Shown here piece after piece: positions 50,601 through 64,000 of a stretch of DNA of 64,000 nucleotides (position 1 is its first letter; each line of letters begins with the position of its first letter). The notes below the pieces were generated by a model, which did not search any database, had not been told where the DNA came from, and saw only the letters and a program-made list of their open reading frames with translations. The stretch comes from Enoplolaimus lenunculus (lineage: Eukaryota). The stretch lies in assembly GCA_030248215.1 (NCBI GenBank), contig JASANG010001546.1, forward strand, positions 496,001-560,000, read 5' to 3'. A program made the translations under genes and the position numbers.

Positions 50601-53600
50601 CAAGTCGAACGCCATTATCAGCCAGACAAACTGGCGTCGTCGGTTCAGGACCCCATCATTCTCATGGATCTTCACACGGTCTTCCCGGTGGGACTCATGC
50701 TCCGCCGCTGCCGCCGATTCCACAGAAACAAACCGTTGTTCACGGTTACGTTGGATTTGCGAACATTCCGAATCAAGTCTATCGGAAAGCGATTAAAAAA
50801 GGATTTCAGTTTACTCTGATGGTCGTTGGTAAGTAACTGATGGGAAGACGGAGTGGAGGTAAAAAGAAGCCATGGGTAGAAACAAATAAATGATTGTGGG
50901 TAGAAGTTGAAAGAAATACGCGAGTAGGAAGTGGTAGATCTGTTACAGAACATGATGCATTGCTGGGTGCCCAGATAGAGGAACGCGATACGAATAGCAA
51001 ATTTTTTACCGGAAACTAAATTAAAAGTAATTGTTAGCTTGATTGTTTTATTTGTACTTCAGCGGATCAAAATTTGAACTTGTTGACTTGTCCCGAAATG
51101 CAATTGCAGCAAGGTGCTAAAACGCTCACTTGTAAATATTATGCAATTCGAGAGCTCTAGATACTGGAACCGGATACTAATATCGGTTTTGGTCGGATAT
51201 TAAAACCGGATCGGGATATTCGATAGCACTCTGATGGTATTGTTGTATTTATTACACGTCGAAAGCGAAGGCGTGGGCTTCTATACGGCATCTGTAATGA
51301 GTACCAACCATGATGGCAACAAAAGTTAGGAACCCGTTTCAAATTCAACTACAATCAAACGTTTGGATTTGGGATCAGATGCTTCCAAACCCAGCAAAGT
51401 TCGGCATCATCTATGCATTGCATGTTTTTAAAATTGAGTTGAGCTGACTGAATCCTTGTTTTGAAACTTAACAGTTGCGGTTCGAATCCTCAATCTACGT
51501 TTCAATGAATCCTTGTTTCGATTTTTCAAAAGTCTTTTGTTTCAATTGCTTTCCTGCTTATTATTCGACCGGGTAAATGGGCATATCAAAATTATAAGTT
51601 ATGTTAATTCTACAGAATACTCATTGCAGTCTCCTTAAGTGACTTATTTGATCAATAGAGAATTGGGGAAGAAATGCTATTTATCTCTATATATACCTTA
51701 CTATTTCAGGTCAGTCTGGTCTCGGAAAATCAACGTTTGTTAATTCGTTGTTTTTGACTGATGTATATAGTGACGCCGAACGCGTACAGAAAAACGTCAG
51801 TGTGTTGGAGAAAACTGTTCAGGTAAGAATTGAACAAAATGTGTATACGTTTGCGTTCAATTTTGAATACTCCACAGAAAAAATTTTGAATCCGGCAATG
51901 CCTTTTTCACACAAGGTGCTACCGGATATCCGGTTCTGGTTGATATCCGGCAAAAATTGCCCAGCTGCGGTTATCCGGAATATACTTACTGAATACTTGA
52001 CATTTACGGCGCGGTGCGTCCGAATATATCATAAAATGGCTGTTTAAAATAGATATTAAAACATTTTTGCTGCGATTTCATCTTCTCAGTGTAATTTGAA
52101 AACAAATAATATATTCTGTTTTGAGTGTTGTGTGGATTATTATTTTGAAATTGCGATCTTCATAATATGTAACACAAGCAGAAGATAGTTTTATAAAATC
52201 ACAGTATAATCGGTTGATTTAAATTTCGACAATAAATTGTGGATGAAGTGAAGCTTGACAGAGCATTAAGCTTTGAGTGCGTTGTAAACAGCGATTTTTG
52301 TGGTGAAATACAATTGAGTACGTGTGTCGTACGTATTTTTGTTTACTTTTGCAGTTTGGCAACTTATCGTGCGAATGAGCAAAAAATACTGTTCATAATG
52401 CAAAAGTTGAACAGATTGCTTGTAGGGTATTCTGTAAGATGAGGGGGCTCTGTTTGTCGATTGGAACGAATATGAATGTACAACCAATGTGTTTCGGTTC
52501 TAATTTGAAATAAGAGTATTTTGTTTTGGCGATAACTGTTTTTAGGGTTAGCAGTAAATCAGACAGATTATTTGTTGTTATGGTGTGGTGGGATTTGAAA
52601 AATACACAATATCGTAAAGGCACCAGGAAACTTCGAAAATGTTGAATATTGTGCCAGAATAAGTGGATAGAACAAATATTGGATTTTCGTACCAGGATTG
52701 CTGGTTTGATTGCAGCTTGGATGGCATCTAAGCATAATTTTGGTTTTATGTTAATGGCTGAAATTTTTCTAGTGGCTGATTGAGTCGGTTTGTAGTGTTG
52801 CGGTGGTCATATCAGTGATGAATTTGGACTTTGTTTGATTTGACACATTTCAGATTGAAGAAACAAGTGTTCGACTGGAAGAAAATGGTGTCAATCTGAC
52901 GTTAACGCTTGTCGATACGCCTGGATTCGGTGACGCTGTTGACAACAGCAATTGGTAGGTTTTGTCTAATAACGGAGCATTTTGTGCCGTAATAATAATA
53001 TAACGAGTCATGGCCATTGTACCGTCCATCACCGTGCGGAATTGTACGCGAATTACTGACCTACGATACCGTATGGTGACGGACAGCAAGCGCCGGCGGC
53101 GCACCGCAGGTATAGCGCCACGTTTATTCTCGACTTTATTTATTGTTTACGAATAGGAATTTCCTGTGATATTTTATTGATTTGCAAAATGAAAGAATAA
53201 GTTTGCGTTGAATTGTTGGTTTTAGCTGGGATCCAGTATTGGAATACATCGACAGCAAATATTCAGAGTATTTTGGCGAAGAAACGAAAATCAATCGTCC
53301 AGTGAGTATCTCAGACAAACGCGTTCATATTTGCCTTTACTTTATCGCTCCAACTGGTCACGGGTAAGTAGTTTTTGACGCTTGCTTGCGGTGTACAGTA
53401 ACTCAAGTGTCCGAGTTGGTGGGAAACGCTGGAGTTACGCTGTGCAGAATGGTGGATGGTGTGGATGCATAGTGCATTACCACAATATTATTTGTGTTTT
53501 GGAATAAATGTTATTGCAATAAGGAAATAATATAGAGTCCTCAGGATTTTTGGCACTTTTGTTTCTTGTAAGGTTTGAACGAAAACTTTTAAACACAACA

Positions 53601-56600
53601 ATACGACACTGAGATGTAATCAAAATGTTACTGTGTAAACGGGGCTGGTGTTACGATAGCCTTGGCTCCCCATAAACAGGTCTTAATGGGACAGTCAATA
53701 AAATGATGCACAGCTCTATATCTTCGTGGTCCACGACAAAAATTTAAGTTTGCCAAGATGTGAGGTCAAGGGTCGCCCACAATTGGGGGGCTGATGGCGC
53801 TTACATCGACGCTGTGTCCATATGGTTACGTAGAAGTTTGAAGAACAATTAATATTAATATTTTGAACTGTTGCTAAAATAAGTAATTTTATAACGTATG
53901 TTTTAATTACAGTCTCAAAGCATTGGATATTGAATTTATGCAACGCGTTCATGATCGTGTCAATATTATCCCAGTGATTGCGAAAGCAGACACACTGACC
54001 AAAGAAGAATGTGAGCGATTTAAGAAAACGGTAAGTTCGAGTAAACTGTACTCTGCGAGTCTGTGCGCATTTTCTGGACATGTTCGAGCCTCATGCATCA
54101 TTTTAGCCTCGTGCTCGAATATTTTTGATAATATTCTACGTAGGAAAGAAAAGCAGTATTGAGATTTACGGAAACAGTAAGCGTACTGCACAGGTGGACT
54201 GTAAAAGAGACGCAATACATAGCCGCTGGGTGCCACCGACGCTCTTGCAGACACCTTACCACAAAGCTGGCATCAACTGTCGTACAATATTCTTAGCAAA
54301 AAATTTGAACCTGCAATCTCGATGTTGCAGCAAATCCTGGTCGCAGGTCTGGCGATTCTTTGCGGTTATTTTTTGCACATAACAGTCAGTTGGAATGCTA
54401 TCAATTTCGTTTCTGGGCACATAATAGTGTGTCTGCTCAGGAAAATTGTTATCTCGCTTACGTTTGTGTTTGAAATGGACTGAAACAGTTCAAATTTGTG
54501 AACTTGAAATTTACCAGGATTTTCAAAATATATGACTCGTTACGTATCAATTTTTTCGTTTCATTGTGACAATGTATGATTTTAGATAATGCGTGAAATC
54601 AAGCAATACGATATTCGAATTTATGACTTCCCGGAAGGTGATGACGAAGAAGAAAATCGATTGCAGCGATCGCTGAGGGTAAATTGTTGCAATAGTGTAA
54701 TCACTTGCAAAGGCAGTCACAGAAAGGAGTGTCGGCATCTCGGCCCTTCGAAAAACGTTTGTACACAGAGCTCTATTCAGCGACTGTGACGTCTTAATTT
54801 TCTGCGGTATAAATTAGTTGGTGTCCCTATATGGCTGAATTATTCCATGTCATATTAATTATTTGACGTCATAATAGATTGTAATTTTTATTTCAAAGGA
54901 CGAACTATTGTGTTATTTTAAAGTTTATCTGTACTGCGGTTTGAACAACTGCAAAACAACTTTATTATTATTATTATTGCAGGAACGAGTGCCATTTGCG
55001 ATTGTCGGCAGCAATATGATATGTGATGTCGATGGTAGAAAAGTCCGTTGTCGAAAATATCAATGGGGCATTGTTGAAGGTATGTAACTTACTTATGTGT
55101 ACAGTCATATTAATCGTATTGGTTTGTTTCTTAAAAATATGTGACGTGCGCCATGTCCAGTTCGAACTAAGGCTACAACACAAATAGACGGAGCCTGATG
55201 TATGTATATATTTTTGTGTTTGTTGATTGCTATGATGTTTGGTTACCTTAGTCTGCATGGAGTTGCGAAAAAGCCTATACATGAGTACTTAAATATTTTC
55301 AGTTGAAAACTTGGAACATAACGATTTTGTTGCGCTGAGAAACATGCTAATACGGTGAGTAAAGGGTAACAGTCGGTATTATACATAATTTGTTTACAAA
55401 TTTGCCAGTGGCTTTAAGTTTGGTTGGCGTGCATTACATTTTTGCTCTTACAAATTCTATATATTTGACACAGTTGTGTATTTTTCGTACAGCTGTGTAG
55501 TGTTGGTTGTTGTATTGGCAATGAGCTAACTTTTCAGAACATAATATAGAAAAACGCAATATTGTGTACGTTAATTTGTTGGACAATACGAATTGTTCAG
55601 TTTATATTATCTTGTCACAAAATTTGTGCACTCTGGTGTTAGAACGCGCCCAAATTATTATTATGGTCAGCGTCTCAGATGTTACAATATCCGCTCTATA
55701 CTGTTTGGAAATCCAAGAGGTCAAAGTATTTTGGCTTTAATTAACTTCAACAACGTCTAAGAAGTAAAGCCATAACCAAATACTTTAACCAAATACTTGA
55801 CCTAACGAAGTTAGACTCTGCTGAAAGTGTACTGTATAATTCGGGTCACAGACGTAATCTATAGACGTAGCTGTTTTCGGGTTCAGATTAAGCTCCCATT
55901 CAGTCTAGGCTTACGTCTTGGACTTAACTTAGGTTGTAAAATTAGGGTATTTCGTTAAGCTTTAGTCCCCAGTTTTGGAGTTAGCTGTAGTCTCGAAATT
56001 TACCATCAAATTTAAAAAAATCACAAATAAAACTGTAGTGCAGTGGCTGGATTCTGAAATGTCTGATGGAAGGAGGGCTATTGTGAAAAAGCCTCGCGAT
56101 CTGGATTAATCCAACTTAAGTGTGGTGGCTAAGCCTGAGTGGCACCACTTGTATTTGCACTGCTGGAAAACATATGCCACATTATGAAAATAAGCTCGTA
56201 TGCTGCCCAAAATATTATTGGCGTTCCTGCTTTAATAACATTGGTAGATGCTGTGTATGGTTTAATTACTGAAAAGTTTAGTGTTACGGTTGATTTAATT
56301 CTAAGTTCCTTAGCCTAAAAGTAGTAATCAGCGTCAAGTTAAACTTTAAAATTATAGTTGTTTGTGTATTCAATTAATTGTGTTTATTTGCATTTGTTTA
56401 TTTAGTACTCTTGTTTATATTAATATTTTTCATTTTTAGAACGCATATGATTGATTTAATTGAAGTCACGAAATGTGTGCATTTTGAAAATTTTCGTTGC
56501 CGTCAACTGATGTCAATCACTGCTGATCGTCATAAAACCGATGAAAACGATATGTATGTTGTTTTTGCTTGTTTCTTTATTTGTTTGTTTTTCTATGGTG

Positions 56601-58214
56601 TTCATTATTTTACTTCACAGTTGACTACTATAGCATTACATAAGCTCAGTCTACAAAATAATGAGTTCCGGCAGGTATTGTCCAGGCAGAATTTAAGCAT
56701 TTGCCACAAAACAGAATTAAATTCTGTGAAATTCTTATTATACCGCGAGCAACAAAGCATATCGTAATGATGAACGCAACAATATTGGTTCTTACTGTTT
56801 ATACCAGTATAGCCTGCTTGCTTATCGGAATTCGAATCTGATTATTTTGTCAATTTTTCCAGCGATCCGTTCGTTCAAATGGACGAAGAAAAACGAAAAC
56901 ACAATGAAAAAATTCGATCAATGGAAACTGAAATGGAAGCGGTAAACTTAATGACGTGTTTATTGGAGCTGTTAATCATTGTATAACTTTGAATCCAGTG
57001 CCTGTATTCTCAATTGGCTAAAATTGCTCTTACATAAAGCCCCGTTTGAAACTATTAACCTATAAACAAATAAATATGTAACGCGTGCAAATTTTGTACC
57101 ATATTGAACATTTACGGAGGTGGATTTTGATAATGGTTGTATGTATTGACCTAAAATTTCTTATTTAATACATACGTTGGTGCGTTGCCCCGACTGCCGC
57201 AATGACGATATTAGTTTTGCAAATAGCGAATATTCGTAGTAATTTTTCATACTTCGCTAAAAGTAGCGTCGGAAAGCTTTGAATGTCACTTTTATGCTTG
57301 AAAATTTATGTTTTAGGTATTTCAACAAAAAGTGAATGAAAAGAAACTCATGTTGAAGGATCTTGAAAGGAATGTGAGTGGCTAATTTTAAATAAATGGA
57401 AAAAATGAAGTTTTGCGATGTTCATACGTTGGCCAAAGTGGTGTAAATGAAAGCGAAACGTGTAGAATAAATTTTCTACGTGGAAAGAGCGTATAAGTTG
57501 ATAACAAGTTTCTAAACAACCAGTAGTTTTGCAAATAAAGCTGATGACTATTGGCTGTAATAAATGGTTTTTAGCTTGAAAATCAACGAGAACACAATCG
57601 ATTGCAGTTGGAAACGAAACGAAATGAAGTTCAAGAGAAACGGAAAAAGTTGGAAGAAGAACGCGCAATGTTTAGCAACGAAAATCCAACGTTTGCGAGA
57701 TACATTTCGTCCGATAGTCTTCCAGGGTACGGCGGAGTATACCACAAGTTTAAGATATTTGACGATATTCCCACCCAGTCTGGTAAAAAAGTATAACTGA
57801 CACATAAATTTTATTTAATCACTCCTGCTATGCCAGGGGCGTTGCCAGAATTTCGGGAATGGGTCTGATATTACAACTGGGCCGTTTGGATCTCTCTTCG
57901 CATATCTTTCTAGCTACTACCATGAATAATGGTGAATGGTCATGCTTTTTAGAAGCATTTTTTGTTTAAAGATCGCGTATTATAACCGACACATCACCAT
58001 GCTTAAGTCACATTTGGTGTACTGCGTTAGCGAAAGAATCAATTTTCTTTCCGGATCGGTATTCCATTGAATTTCAAAAGGGCTATTTAGAGTAAAGCAT
58101 TATTTGACTGGATTAATGTGTGCAAAATTTTGAAGAACTTTACGTTCAAAAATGAATACGTTTCATTTTTTTATTTTCAGGAAAGATAAGAAGAAAAAGC
58201 ATGGATTATTTTAA
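47682..58214 (+). CDS. SEPT7: Septin, SEPT7/Peanut group (start exon uncertain)
   Basis: In-phase exons 47682-47856, 50436-50828, 51710-51822, 52854-52954, 53226-53363, 53913-54030, 54586-54678, 54983-55079, 55303-55354, 56440-56553, 56863-56941, 57317-57373, 57575-57726, 58181-58214. Motifs: [33 protein letters not shown], the septin unique element, a coiled coil and a basic C-terminus ([11 protein letters not shown]). Confidence 0.92.
48109..48488. mobile_element. hAT-like MITE (CAGGGTGCAA family)
   Basis: Homologous to 40407-40877. Flanks GGTGTCAG/GATGTCAG (7/8 match). Confidence 0.75.
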
Positions 58215-60451
58215 CTTTATACATTAATAGTCATCAAGTCAGTTTATGTGAATTTTTGCATGTTTTAATAACAAAATTTGGATTTTTGAGAAATTTAGTC
58301 AAAGTATTACGTAAAATTTGATTTCGTATTATGAGTTTTCAATTTTATGAAATTCTAGCGTTGAATCGATAAATCGCTACGGGATATAGTTTAACTGTGT
58401 TAACGGATTGATTTCGGAAATGTAAAATTTACTGAAGTGTTTATTTACTATTTTATGTTTTTGCAGTTAAAGCAGAAAATAACTGAAATATTTGTCAATA
58501 AAATTAAAGTATTCATAGTTTCAAATTACAGAAATTTTAATTATGTAAAAGCTTTGAAGATACACAATAGGTAAGTGTTCGGATAGGTGAACTACATACG
58601 CTTTGACGAGTTGGTTTGAGGAACTTGCTGATTATTACAACATGTTTCCGCAATTTTGCATTTATTCAAGTTTATCAGTATTCGTAAAATACATACAGCT
58701 TGTTGTTATGCATTGAAACCACGGCTCAGGGCACGTTCAGTCTTCCAACTTTGCTTAATTCAAATCATGACTTGGTGTTCACAATAATTGTGTGCAACGC
58801 CCTGTCGCCTGTTAACATTAATGTTGATATACTTTATGCGATGGATGGTGTTTCAGTAACATGAAACGGCTCTTAGCGTCGTGTTTCTAACGCAGCGATG
58901 ACAGCCTGCAATTTGATTTTGTGCGTGTTTACAAATCACAAATTTTATAATGGGGTTATGTGAAAAATTACTAAGATGACATTAAATGCATTATCAATAG
59001 ACAAGTTGTAAGCTTTGTTAGCAAATCATGCTAATAAACTTGATACCATTTTATTGTTCTTTTATTTTTGGCTGCAGTTACTATTTTGTAATGTTGCTAC
59101 TTGTACACTTCCCTCGCCAAAAAGCCTAAGCCTAAGTTATTGCCAAAGTTTCAATATTTCGGAAGCTAATGATTGGAACGTGTACAGGAAGACAGCTGTA
59201 ATTGTATTGTAAATGAGTTAAATTAAAAAACAGTACATTAATGCTTATTACTGTTTATTCTAGTGTTCTTTGTTTAATTTTCATTACTACTCAAAGTAAC
59301 TTGGTGCAACATAATGCTTGTTATTGTATTACCGTCTATCATCCTTATGTGTCAATATTTTGTACATAATGTTTGCAATTTAAGATATGGCTGAATATCT
59401 GGTTCTGGTCACAAGACACAGTCGACATCCGGTTCCGGTATTTTCAGCTACTTTATCTGGAACGCTAGAATTGCAACGTGCCTGGATGTGTAATGCGCAT
59501 TATTTTTTGGAAATTGAAATAACAACAGAAGTTGTTTTTGCCGATAGGGACTTAGTAGGTTGGGGTGCTGGTTAGTGTCAACAATTAAATGAGACATCCG
59601 GCTCTATCCGTGTTTTGTCTCCGGTCTAATCCTGTTTTTAAGGATGCTCTGACGATTTCCTTATGGAAATTCTATGAAACTGTTTTTTGCTTTGTTCGTA
59701 GTCGCGTATTCACGTTATATATTTGTTTGGCAGGTTTTTATATTTGTTGCATAATTGTTTTCTGCATAAAAAATGATTGTTGCTGTGTTTTTTCATTAAA
59801 CTCTCTGAATAACTTTTGGCAACATTGTTGAAACTGTATTTACCACTTTGGTGTTGATTGTAGTACTGGATCATACAGTGATATTTATTTTATAAAATTT
59901 TTGAACAAATGTACATTAGTTTTGATGATTAAATCTAACTCTGGCGCTATACTTTTGATGCGTTTGACGTCGTTCGGCGTTTGTACCGCAATGTACGTCT
60001 ATTGACACTTTTGAAAACAAAAGTATTTTGAGTTGCGGCGCCGGACGGTGCCAAACAAGTACAGCGGTACGGGTTATGATTTTTTTTTGAGGTTTTGTGT
60101 ATACTGTCGTGATACGACATTCGTACACTTGGCCCATGTTACTTTAAGGGGTGTCCAAGATTCTGGTGGGTCCATAAAAGAGTAGGTTTAGATTCTAGGT
60201 TACAGTTTTTTGCTTAGGCTTAGGAACACATTTTTGCAACGATTAGGCTTAGGACTCCGCTTGGCCGTATACTTTATCGCAAGATTAAGCCTAAGTTGCA
60301 ATAAATACGAAAAATTTAAACAGTGTGTTGAAACGTGTATAACACCAGAACCAAGTGATGCTATTAATTTTATGAATGTATGGAATAGTGTTTGAATTTC
60401 GTTATTTATATGCAAAAAGGATTTTACTTTAGGTACATATTGGAATATTAA

Positions 60452-60714
60452 CACTTTCTCACATGAATATTTTCTATTTCCCCTGAGACCTACTTTTATG
60501 CTAGGATTGCAACTCCAGTGACTGGAGTGGGAGGCGTACACCGTCACCACTCAGCTATAGGAGCTTGACGCTCGAGCCCGAGGGTGCTCTCACGTCTTGT
60601 GGTGATTTAGTACTATGTATACGTGTTGCAATTGTTAAACACGGCGAGATATATACTATTTAACGTATATACACTGCGCTGAGTTGCCTACAGGCAACTC
60701 AACGTGAGAAGGGG
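60452..60714 (-). mobile_element. piggyBac-like TTAA MITE with tRNA-like core, copy 3
   Basis: Near-identical to 20370-20631. Flanks are TTAA/TTAT. Confidence 0.8.
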
Positions 60715-63032
60715 TTATGCATGTAAATGCTGCGTGCATGGCAGATGGCAGTTCCATAACGCACATGCATTTTTCAATGCTTTTCCAATATTTTTGTTTC
60801 TGTAAATTTTGCAGAAAACAGCATTTGCCTGTATTCGAAAGTTTCTCACGGCATACGCGTTCCGACATAAAAATAATTGTATCTTTCAACAACCGTACTT
60901 GTAATTTTATGTTGCTGTTAACCTTGGTTTATTTATAACTTTGGTCGCAGGGTATCTGCGTAATTATATAAACCTGTTTGCATCATTGAACATATGAGCG
61001 ATCCAGAGTAATTTATTTGAGTATTTACGACAAGATTTTGAATGTAAATGTAAATATTCAACGTCCATGTTTACTTTAAGGAGCGGCCAGGTTTCTGGTG
61101 GGTCTACGTCGCTAAGCATATACACAACATATTTTAATAACATATTAACAATATAAATATAATAATTTTTACATTTCTTTTTATTTCTTTACGCCATATT
61201 TACACTTAATATACAATGATGAGGACGATCCAAGGCCTCCATGTGTCGTTGCGTACCTCACCAGAAACCGTTGTCTACCGACGTAGGTGCCAATATCGAC
61301 CAGTACCCCGAACCACCAACCAATAGCAAACCCTAACATAGTCCCTTAAAAATGCCGCCTCCAACTCGATAACAGAATGTCCGAATAGGCGTCAAACAGT
61401 TCCAGAGTATAATACTCCTGACTGCCGCCGCTGTTGCGTCGTTTGCTGCTGTTGTTGACGCTCTGAATGACGGTTTTCGCGAATTTGCTGCCGAACGTTC
61501 TTCACCTGTCGCCGGTAATAAAACCACCGACCGCCTCCAATTTGCGCTTGTACCACATTACCGCCAACCCTTTGCTGGGTACCGCTAACTGTTAACTGAT
61601 GTATCCGTGGCCGTACATCCCCCGTATCACCGGTACTTGACTCCAAGGCCCTGCTGCAACATGTGCTTAACCGGCTGCTGCGTTATGCACGGGTTCCCCT
61701 TGCTTCAGTCCTATGCGACTAACCACCGACCCTACCGCCGGTCGTACATATGCTCGACCCTGAACTCTCACAGCAGCTAGCCCTCCTTGTGAAGACGTCC
61801 TACGTCTGTGTGGATCACATCTCCTCCTCATTTCACCCCCCGGTCCCATCACCCGGTTATCACGGGACATCTGGACGGCCCTATTCTCAAAAAAGCCTAA
61901 ATTTTTTAACAAAACCGACATAATAAATTTTACATTGTTTCAAAAAACATGTGTCTTTTATAGTAACTTACATTATTCGGAACGCACCATTTTAAATTCA
62001 CTCGTGAATACGCAAACAATGAATTTTTATTTATATATAAGGCAGCGCAGGTTAAAACTAGAAAGGAAATATCAACGTAAGTCTTAAGATTATGCCTCGA
62101 AGTTTTAGAAACAACAGCATCTGGAACAAAAATTATTGAATTCAGAATTTTTTACGAATCTTATAAGCTTCTATGTACGAATCAGTGTGACGAGTCGAAT
62201 TTAACTATCACCCAGAAATTTCAAAACACAATTTGTATGATGCGTGGATTGGTCCTAGTTTCTATTAGCCAACATATCTGACCTTGCTTTACGAAGAAAT
62301 TAAAAAAATTGTTTAGGAATGCCATAAGGTTTGGCTCAAGGTTCTAATTGGGTTCAGGAAAAGTTCAAAACACTTACAAAATATTCACAAAAAGTACTTA
62401 AACACAGAAAACTTTTGCAACATCTTAAGGAACTAAAAATTACTGATGTTGACCGGACTGGACCGGCTCGGCAATAGTGGATCGGAGGTTCGGATTGATG
62501 ATCGTCCAAAGCTGATGAGCGAGAAAATCGCTGCGGATATCATGAAAAACATAAACACCATTTTCCACGGATTTTTCCCATTCTGTCATTTAAGCTGTGG
62601 AAACCGGAGCAGGAAAATTGTTTAAGAACATATTTATAAGTTATATAACTGTCGGACCGGACTGTAGAATACATTCGGACCCGTTCAGTTTAGTCCACAT
62701 CCCACAAAAAATGACTAAATCGATATATACATAGCATACAAAATATCACAATATGTACATTATGAATACCGCATACGGGTATTAAAGACGGAAATGGCAC
62801 TCAATTCTTGCAAATTTGAGACAAACAATCATTTTTACACAATTATCAGTGAAAGAGATAAATTTCCGCCAGCGAAAAAAAACTAAAACGCGAAAGCGAA
62901 ACGATTAACGTATAAAAATATACACCGCTTTACATCTAATCATAGGCGATAGCAAACTAAAACTTTTCGACAACAAATGTTTCAAATTTCGTCTCTGATT
63001 CCGTCAATAATTACGTCGGCAAAAATGCTGTA

Positions 63033-63937
63033 ACGCAATAAAAGACCATTTAAATTGAACCACTACGTATCAAAGTTAACGACGATTCTGACGATTCTCA
63101 CACGCAATAAAAGACCATTTAAATTGAACCACTACGTATCAAAGTTAACGACGATTCTGACGATTCTCACACGCAATAAAAGACCATTTAAATTGAACCA
63201 CTACGTATCAAAGTTAACGACGATTCTGACGATTCTCACACGCAATAAAAGACCATTTAAATTGAACCACTACGTATCAAAGTTAACGACGATTCTGACG
63301 ATTCTCACACGCAATAAAAGACCATTTAAATTGAACCACTACGTATCAAAGTTAACGACGATTCTGACGACGCATAATCTCACACGCAATAAAAGACCAT
63401 TTAAATCATGAACCACTACGTATCAAAGTTAACGACGATTCTGACGATTCTCACACGCAATAAAAGACCATTTAAATTGAACCACTACGTATCAAAGTTA
63501 ACGACGATTCTGACGATTCTCACACGCAATAAAAGACCATTTAAATTGAACCACTACGTATCAAAGTTAACGACGATTCTGACGATTCTCACACGCAATA
63601 AAAGACCATTTAAATTGAACCACTACGTATCAAAGTTAACGACGATTCTGACGATTCTCACACGCAATAAAAGACCATTTAAATTGAACCACTACGTATC
63701 AAAGTTAACGACGATTCTGACGATTCTCACAAGCAATAAAAGACCATTTAAATTGAACCACTACGTATCAAAGTTAACGACGATTCTGACGATTCTCACA
63801 CGCAATAAAAGACCATTTAAATTGAACCACTACGTATCAAAGTTAACGACGATTCTGACGATTCTCACACGCAATAAAAGACCATTTAAATTGAACCACT
63901 ACGTATCAAAGTTAACGACGATTCTGACGATTCTCAC
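63033..63937. repeat. 69-bp tandem repeat x13, almost identical units
   Basis: Unit ACGCAATAAAAGACCATTTAAATTGAACCACTACGTATCAAAGTTAACGACGATTCTGACGATTCTCAC. There are small indels near 63370-63410 and a substitution near 63732. Confidence 0.97.
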
Positions 63938-64000
63938 GTTGCGTAGACTTAAAAATGCCATGAGCGACAGTAACAACGGCAGCCACTCCAACCACAGCTG

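Noticed and set aside
63033..63937. CRISPR-like array or repeat protein
   Set aside because: The units are contiguous and identical with no unique spacers, there are no cas genes, and the context is eukaryotic. The ORF lacks an ATG and is frameshifted.

Overview
AT-rich, intron-rich animal genomic DNA. TTAGGC-like arrays weakly hint at a nematode, but the organism cannot be determined from this window. Four spliced genes can be built by hand: an EGF-repeat single-pass membrane protein (-, 5.9-7.4 kb, 5' end unresolved), an R-Ras2/Ras64B-like GTPase (+, 10.5-13.3 kb), a WIP/verprolin (-, 21.8-32.1 kb) and a SEPT7/Peanut-class septin (+, ~47.7-58.2 kb). They form two head-to-head pairs. Introns and intergenic DNA are packed with non-autonomous DNA transposons (8-bp TSD hAT-like, TTAA piggyBac-like, TWA Harbinger-like, and a 6-bp TSD family carrying TTAGGC arrays), two LINE relics and several tandem repeats. 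The most striking signal is at 30.0-34.6 kb. Three distinct families of non-coding miniature LTR retrotransposons (TRIMs) each carry a tRNA-like Pol III promoter inside the LTR. They comprise one complete 510-bp element (LTR-PBS(Gln)-PPT-LTR, 5-bp TSD), one LTR-I-LTR-I-LTR tandem array and solo LTRs. Two of the families share a predicted long-range RNA duplex, and one shows compensatory changes in an LTR hairpin. All calls are by eye; no database searches were run.
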